From Schmidtea polychroa (lineage: Eukaryota), in contig CM097885.1 of NCBI GenBank assembly GCA_044892525.1, positions 806,001-870,000 on the forward strand: DNA of 64,000 nucleotides, read 5' to 3'. Position numbers and translations under genes: made by a program. Positions within the stretch are counted from its first letter, which is position 1. Each line of letters starts with the position of its first letter. Positions 43,991 through 55,585 of this stretch are shown piece after piece. Below the pieces are notes generated by a model. It saw nothing but the letters and a program-made list of their open reading frames with translations, was not told the DNA's origin and made no database searches.

Positions 43991-45276
43991 ATCGGGAAAG
44001 ATTTCGCAGTTATAGTAAAAAAAAAAAATCAAATTTTATTTTATGTAATTCACGGGCCACATGGCCAAGAAGGGGAGATCGATTCTCACCCTTATGAAAT
44101 CTACAGCTTTTATTCCAATAGTCCATGGATACCAGAGTTATTAACTCCAGTATCAAAACGTGGTTATCCCTGAAAACTTCAGTCAGGTTTGCTATGCGGG
44201 ATCCTTTCTGAAGCTCCTGGCACTTGAACATTCTCATTTATTTTTTTCAGGTAAACATCTTTGAGCAGAGTAGGAGATAAACATTGCTAATCATGAACAT
44301 GATCAGCCATGGCCCATACAGATGCATCTGGCATTCATTCGAAGGTTAGTTGATAAGGAGAGGCAGAGCAAGTCTATCCTCTGTCTGATGAGTATAGGTT
44401 TCCGTAGGTAGCAGTTGTTAGGAGAGGCACTTCACGCTTCTGTTTGATTAGTTTAAATGAGGTTATTGGCTCTAGAAAAGAAATTAGAAGCTTGGAGTAA
44501 GACGGTCAATATATTGTACATTATATTATAGTAAGGATTGGAAGGGATGGGTCGAAGGGAGAGGATGTTTTAAGGAATATGAGGTTATATTAGATATATA
44601 AACAACTAAAAAAGGTATTATCAGTGAGTATTATACATTGACCTACACTGATAATATACATACGCTTAGTTGCGTTTTCTTTTCTTTTTATTATTCCAAT
44701 TCTTTAGTACGGGTAGGGAAAATTTGTGTCGATAAACGTAATAATATGATAAGAATAGTAAATAAAAGTAATGAATGATAGTACCATTAATAATGATAGT
44801 AAAGAATAATAATAGTGATAATGATAAAAGAAAGAGATAATAAAAACAATAAGAAATAAAAACAATAATGATAATAGCGGCAACAATAATAACATAATAA
44901 CAGTAGGAAATAGTAGCAATATTAGTATATTATAATAGGAGTTTTGTGCTTTTTGTGATTAATTTAAGATTAAGGGGTTCCATATTGTTATTGTGATTTT
45001 TAATTTAAAAATATATATTAAGTTATCTTTATTTTATTTATTTAATAGTATAATAAAAACCATAATGTACAATATAGTTACCTCATAAGTACTTTTAATA
45101 ATAGGTTTTTACTAGTATATAATAAAGGATGTTCGTAAGTCAATGTCCAAGGAGGATTCTCTATGATTTAAATTAATTAATTATTATTGATTTGCATATA
45201 ATATAGCCATAGTGGACAATATAGATAAGATATTATGCATTTAGTACATATATATAAATAAGTAAGTATAAGGTTA

Positions 45277-48200
45277 TCAGTCATTAAGCAGGTGTTCTCT
45301 CAGAATGTGGTAACTACTAATCACGGCAGCTGTGCACGCTTTTCGTGCCAGTCCAACTATTTCGGATTATGATAGGCCTATTTTACTTAAGACTTGGTTG
45401 TTATTGCAATCCCATGACCCCAGAGTACCAATAACAAGGGCAGAGATAGTTGCTTTAGCCTTATGTGCCTTACCGATGTCAAGAGCCAAATTAGCATATT
45501 TGATGTAGTTATTTCTTGTCGCCATTTTAAAGTTCTCCCTTTGTTCATATGGGACCTTAATGTCAAGGATATGGATGTTATTATTTCTGGAGGATTTTAT
45601 AACTAAGTCAGGTTTAAGAGTCGATGTCACCCCTTGTGGTGTAATTTCAATGTCAAGATGAAAGTTTAGGTTTGAAAGGTAATCACAGACCGCTTCAAGA
45701 ACACGAGAGTGTTTATTTCTTCGCGCATTAATCTTCACCGGGCAATGGTTAAAGATATGAGCCTGTGTTTCAGGATGAGAGAAGCATTGTCGACAGAGTA
45801 TTGATTTTCCAGATTTGAGCCTATGAGGAGTGAAGTTGAGTTTTATGAGGTTATTACGAGCCTTGATAAGGAAGAAGAATTGAGCATCATTTAAAGTGTC
45901 CGTTTTCAGGAGGAAGTCAGCGGTGCTGCTATTAGTTATAGAGTTTGCAATATGACCTTGATAGGAAAGGGACATCCATTTTTCTGCATGAATGAGACCG
46001 ATAATGCTGTGTATGTATACCATATTTTCTACGGAGTAAGTCAGCTGATTTTCGAAATTTAGTGAAGATCGAGCGGGTTGGGAAAGATTTGGACGTGTTA
46101 CCATTAATCCAAGATAGAGCTGCTTCAAGGTTACCTTGACCGCGTGCAAGTGCAAGTTCGGAGAGGATGAGATTACGAAGAGGAAGATCAGAGGAATTTA
46201 ATGCACGTGCAAGGTGTACAATGCTCTGAATTAGGTACTCATCAATTGTAGCAGTGAGGCCGATTCCACCCATTTTAATGGAGGCGTATAAGAAATTATT
46301 ATTAATTTCAAGGAGTTTATCACCTAGAGAGAGTTTAATCAGTTTTCTAAATCTGTTGTCGAAGCCTTTTTGGGGAGTGCGATCCTTTATTATACTATCT
46401 TTATGGGAATCGAGGACATTATGAAGAATTTCACAGTTACGAAAGGGAAATATAAGTCGTGAGTGGATGAAGATTTTGATAGCATTTATCTTTTGAGAAG
46501 GGTGAAGATGTGAGTTTAATATTTTTTCGGAGTCTTTAATAGCAAGATTAAGAGGTTCATCAATGTTATGCCTTTTTGTACAAGAGAAATCAACTCCAAG
46601 ATATCTGTAGAAGTTAGAGTCATCCACCTTAGGGATAGTTTCGTCGTAAAGTTTAATCGGGTGGTAGTTAAACTTATCATCAAGGTGAAAGTAGCCAGAT
46701 TTTGAGGGTTTGAATTTAAGATTAGCCTGTGAAGCTAGGCGGACAGTTTCAAGAAGAGCGGATGTAATTGAGGAGTATGAGTTAGAAATCAGTACGATGT
46801 CATCGGCGTACGCTAGAATACCTACATTCATATTGCCAAATAAAAAACGGTGCGAGATTAAGATATTTTTAAGAATATAATCAATAGAAAGACAAAAGAG
46901 AGTCATTGAAAGTGGGCATCCTTGTTTAACCCCTTTCAGAATAGGAACAGTCTGCGAAAGTTCTCCTTCACAGTCGAAGATCGTTTTAACATTTTCGTAC
47001 ATGTTATTAATAAGTTTAATGGTGTTAGGATCAAGGCCCATTGTAGATAAGGTGTGCCAGATAAGGTCATGTAGTACAGAGCTAAAGGCGTCAGTGATGT
47101 CCAGCCATATAATATGAAGGTCTGTCTTGTTACGTAAAGAAGCAAGCGCATCCATCGGGGGCACCGATTGCTTTCTGATTATTAGAAATGAGGTTACCCT
47201 GCTTAATCCAACCAAGAAGTCTGTTATTAAGGAGTGATGAGAAGATGCGGTATGCTGTATTCATAACAGAGATTGGTCTCCACGAACTAGCCTCATGGCT
47301 TGTCTCGTTCTTACCAGATTTAAGTATCAGTTTTGTACGAAAGGTTTTCCATTTAGAGGGACAGATGGAGTTTCTTTGGATGTTGTTGCATAAGGATAAT
47401 ATAAGTTCAAGGTCAGGTGAGATTTTCTTCCAGTTAGCAAGAGTGATAAGATCTAATCCTGGAGCAGTGTTATCAAGATTTGAAAAGATGTATTTTATTT
47501 CGTCAATGTCAAAAGGGGTTGAAGAGTAGTGGTGTTATAGGGCTTAATATTGATGGAAGAAGGGCTATCAGTTGGGTATTTAGATTTAACTGTCTGCAAT
47601 GATGCGAGTCGGCCGGAGGCCGGCGAGCTGAGTGTTTTCTCGTGTTTAAATTACAATTAGAATTAATTAATCTATAGTCATTATCATAAATTAATTTGCT
47701 ATTCTTATTATTTAGATTAGAGATATTGCCACTTAAATTACAATTAGGGTTATTTAATATATAGTTACAATTTAAATTATAATCATCATTAGTTAAATTA
47801 CTATTCTCATTAATTAAATTAAAATCGTTGCAATTTACTTTACAATTTGAATAATTCAAGTTATAATCGCTATAGAAATTTTGATTATAATTACCTTTAT
47901 TTCTATTATTTATAATGTGAATCCTACGAGCTGGGCAGAAGGATTTCCACGAGGCATTGAATAGGTCTTTGGGTGTTTCGTCTGTAGTCCTAGCTTCTTT
48001 ATTTCCATTATTAAGAGTGTGAATCCTACGATCAGGGCATAAGGATTTCCATGAGGCTTTAGATAGGTCTTTGAATGTTTCGTCCGTAGTCTCAGATTCA
48101 CTGTAAAGAGGTCTGGCAGGATGGGCATTACTGTTCAGGTCTGAGGAAGCATTCGCATATTTGTTCGAGATCTTCCTAGCAGGACAAAGTCTGCTGTTCA

Positions 48201-48990
48201 TCATTTCACGAGTGTTCGGTGTCATGGTTTTAGGAGCGTTTCTTCCAAGTCCGTCAGGAGGAGCTGTAGTAGGATTATGGATTCCAGTTCTAGAAGGGAA
48301 ATTAGATTTTGTAACATAAGGGTTTTTCTTATCAGTATCTCCAGGATTGGAGCTTCTTCCATCCATAGCTGCTTCATTGGTGTAGACGGCCGATTTCTGC
48401 CCAGTGCTATTAATGATATATAGCAGTATTTCTGCTAAGCACTGGGTAACGGCGGGTAACAAGTAATTGAAAGGATTTAGATTTTGAAGATGCATTATAA
48501 AAATTTTTTCTGCTATGAATGTTATATAGGAGTGATTCTCCTAAGCACTGGGAAACGGCGGGAGTAATCTTTTGACAATTTAAATAATTAGTGTACATTA
48601 AAGAAAGATTTTTGAGGTAAAAAGGGGTGCAGTTAAGGCTAGAGATTATCAAGATTAGTATTTGATGAGGCACTGCTCGATAGTTGGACATCATCGCAGT
48701 CTTCATCATCAAGATCACAGGTATTAGTTTTATTGGTAGGAGGGTTTAAGTAAAAAGGAGTATTATTATCCATAGTGTCCGACGAAGCTTTAAGGACTGG
48801 AGTGATAGGAGTTGTAGCTGGACTCCTTCTCCTGGTAGTATTCCTCACTATATCTGCGTATGTTTTTGATGTAGCTTCTTTTGCATTCATTCTGTTTATT
48901 TCGTCTAAGTACCTAGGATATAGATAAATATTGGAACTGGGGCATAATTTACTCATAATCCGAAGGCTTCAATGGTTATACGTCAGCTGC
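45277..48990 (-). mobile_element. Degenerate R2-superfamily (RLE) non-LTR retrotransposon, element 1
   Basis: RT motifs APGLD, WRPIS, GVKQGCPLS, LAYADD and YRYLG. CCHC finger CRQC...HIFNHC. Endonuclease KPDLV...LDIKV. Several frameshifts and stops. Confidence 0.92.
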
Positions 48991-49379
48991 TTCTGAAAGA
49001 GTAATTCCCGTCATCGGGGCTCGTATTAGCTGTATAGTTTATTAATCTTTCCGGCATTATTCTATTCGGTATCCTTTGGGCAATCTATTTCGTGCTCGCG
49101 TGTATTGTATGGTTTATTGGCATCAGTGTTTTCATCTTTCCGGCATTATTCTATTCGGCATCCTTTGGGCAATCTATTCGGGGCTCGCTTGTATTGTAAA
49201 GTTTCCTCCACTTTTAATCTTTCCGTCATATTTCATCGTATTATAAGACATAACGCCATCATTTATTAGTGGAAAGTCAAGACAAGTCACATAAAAACAG
49301 TAAAAATTTAAAACTAGAAAAGCCATCACGATGCAGAAGTAAAAAATAAAAATTAAAAAAACCATCACAAGGCACGGTT

Positions 49380-51478
49380 AATAAAAAGTTAGTAAAAAGC
49401 CATCACAAGGCACAGTAAGTAATATGGGTAAAAAGACCACATGATTATCACAAACATAACAGTATAAATGAGTACACAAGTAATCGTAGTAATAATTATA
49501 GTAATTATAGTACTTAGTAAATAGTAATAATTATAGTAATTATATTAGTTATAGTAATAATAGTACCATCCCGAGGTATAATAAGAATAGGATCATTATG
49601 CTAAAAACAAATAAAGTAGTAGATGTTAGTAGATATAGTCGGTATCAAATTACAGTATATATAGATAATTATATACAATAGGATATTATACAGGCAAATA
49701 GTAAAAAATTCATTCTATATTGTGTTAAGTATATGGTCCATGTAAATTTTATAGCTAGCTATTACTGCTGTTTTTATGCATTTTTTTGCAAGTGCGTGTA
49801 TTTCCTTATCAGTGAGGCCTATCTGGGTAAGGTGTTTGTCGTTTTCAGTGTCCCACGTGCCCAGAGTTCCTACTATTAAAGCGGATAAGGTCGTTTTGGT
49901 TTTATTAATTTTACCGGTCTCTAGGGCAAGGCTCATATACTTATCACGGTTATTATTGCGTGCGAGTTCAAAATTCTCAAGCTGGTCATAAGGGACTTTT
50001 ATATCTAATAAATGAATTTTATAATTAGGTCAGGTCTAAGTGTGGTGTTTACTCCTGGTGGCGCTCTCTCTACATCAACATCGAATTGTTTGGATATTAG
50101 GTATTCTAGTGTTGTATCCAATACATGATTGTGTTTATTTCTCCTTGCATTTTGGGTGTGTGTGCAGTGATTAAAGATATGTGCATGTGTTTCCCAGTCT
50201 ATCTTACATAGTCTACATAATATATTTTGATTTTCCTTGTGTCTATTTATACTATAATTTAGACTGAGACTATTATTACGGGCTTTAATTATTGGTTGTC
50301 AGTTAATGTATGCTCTTTGATAAGGTATGCTGCTAACTTATTATTTCCTATTGTTTTTGCAATATGTCCCTGATGAACCATATTGTGCCATTGCTCAGCA
50401 TACCATTTGCTAGTAATTGTGTGTAGTGCAGATGATGTAGAGCTCATATTTTCGTTATTTATATAATTTATTTCGTTATTATAATTAATTTCAAGATTAA
50501 AAAGTCCCTTAATTATTATTATTTTACAGGTAATGTTAAATTTTTCGCGTATTCTTTTGGCGGAATCCCTAAATTTAGAAAAAAATAGTAATGGTGCCAC
50601 TAATATCACCAGTAATGTCAGTGTTTAACCAGTCAAGTGCTTTATTAATATTAATATCTTTGTTGTGATGTCTAAACTTAACAGTTTCAATTAATTCATG
50701 TACTATAAAATCTCTCATTTTAGTATCTGTGGAGTTTAATATTTTAATTAAGTATGTAATGCTTTGTATTAAATATTCGTCGATAGTTGGTGTGATTCCT
50801 AAGCCTCCTCGAGAGCAACTCGCATAAATGAAATCATTATTCATATTCTGGTGTATGTCTTGTAGTGCGTTCTTAATCAGTCTTTTAATTTTCTGGTCAA
50901 AGCCAAGTTGTTTATCGAGTTGTTGAACTACTCGAGTTCTATTGCAATCCAGCACCATATGGTTTATTTTACATGTGCGAAACGGAAAAATAAATCGCGA
51001 GTGTATAAAAGTCTTATATGGATGGAGTTGTTGTGCTGGATGTAAGTTTGAGGTGAATATCTTTTCAGATTCGGCCAATGCCTTATTTAATATGTCATCT
51101 ATGCTATGCTTACTCTTTTCACCGAATCTTACTCCTAAGTATCTATATATATTATCTTTATCAATTATGGGTATTATTTCATTATAGATCGTTAGTGGTA
51201 TGTCAGAATGATTTTTATGGATCTGGAAGTAACCGCATTTACTAGGTCGAAATTTTAATTTGGTCTTATAAGTCAGTTTAGTTATATGTTCTAATATCAT
51301 CCTAATGTTTTCTCTTGACTCAGATATTAGAACAATGTCGTCAGCATACGCCAATATGCTGACATTGTATTGTTTATATATTAGTGGGAATTTATCAAAT
51401 ATGTCTCAAAGAATAAAGTCTATTGCTAGGCAAAATAATGTCATTGACATAGGGCAACCCTGCTTAACTCCGTTATAT
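49380..51478 (-). mobile_element. 5'-truncated degenerate RLE non-LTR retrotransposon, element 2 (distinct subfamily) with 3' UTR
   Basis: GVKQGCPMS, AYADD, YRYLG, a CCHC finger at about 50160-50220 and the C-terminus SALIVGTLGTWD. Colinear with element 1 but clearly divergent from it. Confidence 0.9.
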
Positions 51479-51599
51479 GGGATCCGGATAAAACACCGAT
51501 ACAAAAAACTCGAAATTCTAACTTCGAAAACAAAAACACCGAAAAATATAATTTCGAAATGCAAAAACATCGAAAAATAAAATATCGAAAACATAAACA
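51479..51599 (+). mobile_element. Short DNA-transposon-like terminus (GGGATCCGG... with CGAAA subrepeats)
   Basis: Interrupts the RT at YNGVKQG and contains 6 CGAAA motifs. It is itself cut at the Polinton terminus. Superfamily not determined. Confidence 0.35.
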
Positions 51600-52070
51600 A
51601 GTAGGTAGAAGTGAGCCCACGATGACTCATCGGCAAGGTCAACTTAAGGTCATAGAAAATTTTGAGGTCAACTTAAGGTCAAATTTTAAGGTCAATGTCA
51701 TTTTCAGGACAGTTTAAGGTCAATTTCAGCCATTTTAAGGTCAAACTCTGAGGTCAAAGTCGATTTTAGGCCATTTTAAGGTCAAATTTTGAGGTCAAAG
51801 TCGATTTTAGGCTATTTTAAGGTCAACTTCTGAGGCCAAAGTCTAATTTTTCCAAATTTTAAGGTCATAGAAAATTTTAAGGTCAACCCCCCTACCCCCT
51901 ACCCCTATTTTTAAGGTCATAGAAAATTTTAAGGTCAACCCCCCTACCCCCTACCCCTATTTTTAAGGTCATAGAAAATTTTAAGGTCATAGAAAATTTT
52001 AAGGTCAACCCCCCTACCCCCTACCCCTAATTTTAAGGTCAAATCAAGGTCAAAAATTAAAAATTTTCTA
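51600..52070 (+). repeat. Putative left terminal inverted repeat with (T)AAGGTCA subrepeats and three CCCCCCTACCCCCTACCCCT blocks
   Basis: 5'-AGTAG start. About 20 AAGGTC(A)-type units. The first 16-21 nt match other termini in the window in motif and spacing. The partner TIR and TSD are outside the window. Confidence 0.65.
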
Positions 52071-52466
52071 AGTCCATTTAACGAATTACTTTATAGAAAA
52101 TTTTCAAAGTCAAAACACGTTTTAATACTACGTTTGCAAATGTCTTTGTTACTCGTGCATTTGCATTGCAAATGTCTTTGTTACTCATGCACTTGTATTG
52201 CATATGTCTTTGTATTACACACCTTAAGGATAGAAAAATATTTCTAAGCGAGATCTAAAGTGAATGTGTGTAAAGGGCAATAAATAAGGGTAAAATCAAA
52301 ATTTTTTAAGAAAATACATGTAATTTGATTAAAATTTATGAAAACTATATATATATATTTGTTTTATTTTGGTCAGATAATCTATGTGTGTCTGTATATG
52401 AAAACATTGATAAGGAGCAATAAATATCAAATCAAATCTCTTATGTTTTACATATAACTATATTAA

Positions 52467-52500
52467 CCAATCAGAATCATAACCAGTATTAGTATAAATA
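52467..52500 (+). promoter_or_regulatory. CCAAT box plus TATA box upstream of the Bcl-2-like gene
   Basis: CCAATCAGAATCAT at 52467-52480 and TATAAATA at 52493-52500, about 30 nt before ATG 52528. The same 14-mer recurs at 54936-54949. Confidence 0.55.
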
Positions 52501-52527
52501 AAACAGAATATTTAAAATTAATGTACA

Positions 52528-52833
52528 ATGTCAAAATCAAATTTTGCAGAAAATATCTTAAAAGGTTTGGTTAATGAGAATATCGCACAAGCCTCAGTTT
52601 CCTAGTTAAACAAACTGAGAAAATCATTGAGGGAAACCATGTCGACTACCAAACCATGCTTGATATAGAATGCCTGGAGACGAAGAAATTTTATTTCAAT
52701 AGGATTTTCGATTGTCTATTCGACGACCAAATGAAGTGGACCAGAATAATCATAGGTTTTACCTATATGAAGATTATTATAGAAAAAGGTCTATACGATG
52801 TTGACCATTATTATCTGTGGTCTCAAGAAGTAA

Positions 52834-52908
<75 letters not shown>

Positions 52909-53094
52909 TTGTAGATAGTCAAATCCAAGTTTTCGCCATGGATCGATGCCAATGGTGGATGGCACACACTAGTCGAACTTGCCCAGAACGCACAAGAAAT
53001 AGAGCAAGCCAAAGCAAAAGTCAAAAGTTATATGCGATTAGCCTTGGGAGTTGTTGTAATATATGTAATGTTTAAATATTTAAATAAAAGTTAA
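52528..53094 (+). CDS. Bcl-2 family protein; two exons (intron 52830-52914); probable 1-nt frameshift near 52577
   Basis: Exon 1 ...RIFDCLFDDQMKWTRIIIGF... is BH1-like. Phase-0 intron GAA|GTAAAT...TTTGTAG. Exon 2 IVKSKFSPWIDANGGWHTL (BH2) ... LALGVVVIYVMFKYLNKS* (tail anchor). The ATG at 52528 is one frame off from the 52578-52829 reading frame. Confidence 0.85.
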
Positions 53095-53136
53095 TGTTGT
53101 TATTTATAAATATTATACTTTAAATATACACTCAAA

Positions 53137-53540
53137 CTAAAATTTATTAACACATTCACATTCATCATCTCCGCATTTCATAACATTTTCAACGATATGA
53201 TCTATACAATCGTTATATACACGCGGTTCGGTATACTTAATATTTTCAGTTATATAATCCGTAAATTCCTCCTTAGGTTCATCAATTTCTTGAATGATTT
53301 CCTCGTCATCTTCTTGTGTGTTTCCTTCATTAATTTGTTCTGTTATTTCCTCATCAGTTTCATCAAATCTTGAATCTTCACTCTCGGCTACCCAGTCTAT
53401 ATTTAATGCATTTGAAACAGATAATATATCCTCCATTTTTACACCAGATATTTCTGCTAATTTTGCCAACAAAAAGTTGATTAAATGTTCTAAACAATAA
53501 ATAATTCGATCATTAACTAACCATATTAGCCTTTTTCTAA
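53137..53540 (-). CDS. Hypothetical acidic protein; 5' end unresolved (possibly spliced or decayed)
   Basis: 111-aa E/D-rich ORF ending KCGDDECECVNKF. The frame stays open a little upstream of the track start, with no ATG. Confidence 0.45.
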
Positions 53541-53704
53541 CGTCATTATTAACACTTTAAAACTATAATGTAAGTTTGTTTATAGATTGTCTTTTTTAAA
53601 GTTTGCATGTATTTTGCATTGATATTGCAATTTCCTGGTTAAGTAAATGAAAAACAAATAGGACAAAATACATTTATTAAAAACAATAAATATAGCAACA
53701 TTTA

Positions 53705-54127
53705 TTAAAATAGCTGTGAAAGTCTAGCAGACATAATTTTCCAAATTGGAGAATACACATCATTATTATCAACTTTATATCCCTGGATTGCTATTGTTAT
53801 ATACCAATTTTCGTTTTCTTTAAAGCTGATTTCATCAAAGGAATCATAAAATCTTGCATATCGGTTGTTGAACCATGCATGTTGATTACATGATAGATTT
53901 GCATCCAACCGTTTGAAAACCTCATCAATAGATTTAACATCTATCATTGAAAGTGTGCCGGATAAGAATTGAAATTGAGTAGAAATTAGCTTGATCGGTG
54001 ACACAAATTTCATATTGATTTCTTCTTTTAAAAAATACATTTTGTAGTCGTGGAACATTTGAACAGGTTGTACAAGTTCTGCAACAACAACCTTTGGTTT
54101 TTCTGTGCTTGATATTTTCTTGGTCAT
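53705..54127 (-). CDS. Conserved Polinton accessory protein, possibly an OB-fold ssDNA-binding protein
   Basis: 140-aa ORF with an upstream TATA (54161-54170, minus strand). A decayed homolog at 2481-2905 shares KSIxxVFK and IQ(G)xKI...PIWKI. The SSB call is an inference from the beta-rich C-terminus. Confidence 0.65.
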   Translation of the reverse strand: MTKKISSTEKPKVVVAELVQPVQMFHDYKMYFLKEEINMKFVSPIKLISTQFQFLSGTLSMIDVKSIDEVFKRLDANLSCNQHAWFNNRYARFYDSFDEISFKENENWYITIAIQGYKVDNNDVYSPIWKIMSARLSQLF

Positions 54128-54314
54128 CCTGAATTATGATTGAATTGTAATGGTACAGGGTTTTTATACATATGACTATTGTTTATAAACCAATCAAATT
54201 GCAGTATGTCTTTGTTTTAATTACATTCAAAATGCATTGATGTTGCATTGTCATATGTTATATGTGTCATATTATTATTTTTATTGCTTTATTACTTTCA
54301 AACTAATTTCATTA

Positions 54315-54376
<62 letters not shown>

Positions 54377-54447
54377 CTTATTTATATTTCTATTACTATT
54401 TACTAAAAAGAAAAAAAATAAAACAACAAATAGTTAAACATAAAAAT

Positions 54448-54865
54448 TTATTTGGATAAAATTTGACAAAAATGATAATTACGAAGTGTCTTTACCAAAG
54501 ACCATTCGACATATCTCTGGTAGCGGAAATTGCAACAGCTACATCCCAAAATGCAAGGGTATTCTGCTTTCACTTCCTTCATTGTTCTTCCAATCTTCAC
54601 ATCCCAGAGAAATGTATTGATAATATCGAAAATCCAGATTCTGGTTTCATTGTAAATTAAATCTGGGATTATTGCAACATCTCGATCTTTGAGAATATCA
54701 TACAATTGCGGGTAATAAAAATACAATCTTTCCAGTATTATTGCATGATATTCATCTGTAAATAATACTAATATGATAAATACAATTAATATTAAAAAAT
54801 TTAAATTTACCATAATGTTCATGTTCTTTCATGGCAGCTATAGCTGAACTTTGAATATTATACAT
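54448..54865 (-). CDS. Hypothetical 120-aa Cys-containing protein; two exons (intron 54756-54810)
   Basis: ATG at 54865 gives MYNIQSSAIAAMKEHEHY, then G|GTAAAT...TTTACAG|AT joins in frame to DEYHAIILERLY...CILGCSCCNFRY. Confidence 0.6.
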
Positions 54866-55003
54866 GGTTTAAAAATGATAACTAAACCCAAAACATTTTG
54901 TTATAAATAATCATCATCAGCCAATTAGATTTCGACCAATCAGAATCATGCATTTCAGTTGCATCGAATTTGCAATCACATGATTTTTTTTTTTTTTAAA
55001 TTA

Positions 55004-55456
55004 TTAATTTAGTGATAATAAAAAATTTAAAAATTCTTTTCCTTCAATTATTGATTTAATTTCAGATATGATATTATCAACTATACATTTGTAATCAATA
55101 TTTTTTATTCCAAGAATTACTATCTTACCACTAGCGAATATATTTACACACATAGGGTTATATTTTATATATCTCAAAGCTGGAAATAATTCTGGTTCGT
55201 AAACACATGGTATTAATTTAGCCAATTCATTTAAATTACAAGAAAAACCCATATAGGAAGTTACGGTTATCGATTGTATTTTTAAATCATAAACATTATA
55301 TTCACTAGCTTTGATTATTTCCTTACACCCCATAATTCTACATTTACCAGTTTTGAAATATATTATGGGATATTTTTTACTTCTATTGATAAGTTGTTGT
55401 GGTTTCCCCATTTTTGATACATCAGATTTTGCTCTGTAATTTATATTTGAAAGCAT
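55004..55456 (-). CDS. TATA-binding protein (TBP)-like protein
   Basis: Two TBP repeats: IYFKTGKCRIMG, and KIQSITVT...NLNELA...YEPELFPALRY...NIFASGKIVILG. Confidence 0.85.
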   Translation of the reverse strand: MLSNINYRAKSDVSKMGKPQQLINRSKKYPIIYFKTGKCRIMGCKEIIKASEYNVYDLKIQSITVTSYMGFSCNLNELAKLIPCVYEPELFPALRYIKYNPMCVNIFASGKIVILGIKNIDYKCIVDNIISEIKSIIEGKEFLNFLLSLN

Positions 55457-55481
55457 TTTAATGAAATAATTATAAAACTCA

Positions 55482-55522
<41 letters not shown>

Positions 55523-55585
55523 TTTAAAACGGAGTTCATTTAAATTATCAATATAAACAATAATTATGTAGTTTAAATTTAAAAA

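Noticed and set aside
44365..44410. CTGATGAG next to a short stem, a possible hammerhead ribozyme
   Set aside because: No correctly placed GAAA or stems II/III found by eye. An Infernal or RNAmotif scan would settle it.
47600..47645. GC-rich patch in retrotransposon element 1 as an HDV-like ribozyme
   Set aside because: It lies inside the coding region, and I could not build the nested pseudoknot.
54756..54822. Signal peptide or transmembrane helix at the start of ORF 54448-54822
   Set aside because: Better explained as a T-rich GT-AG intron read in frame.
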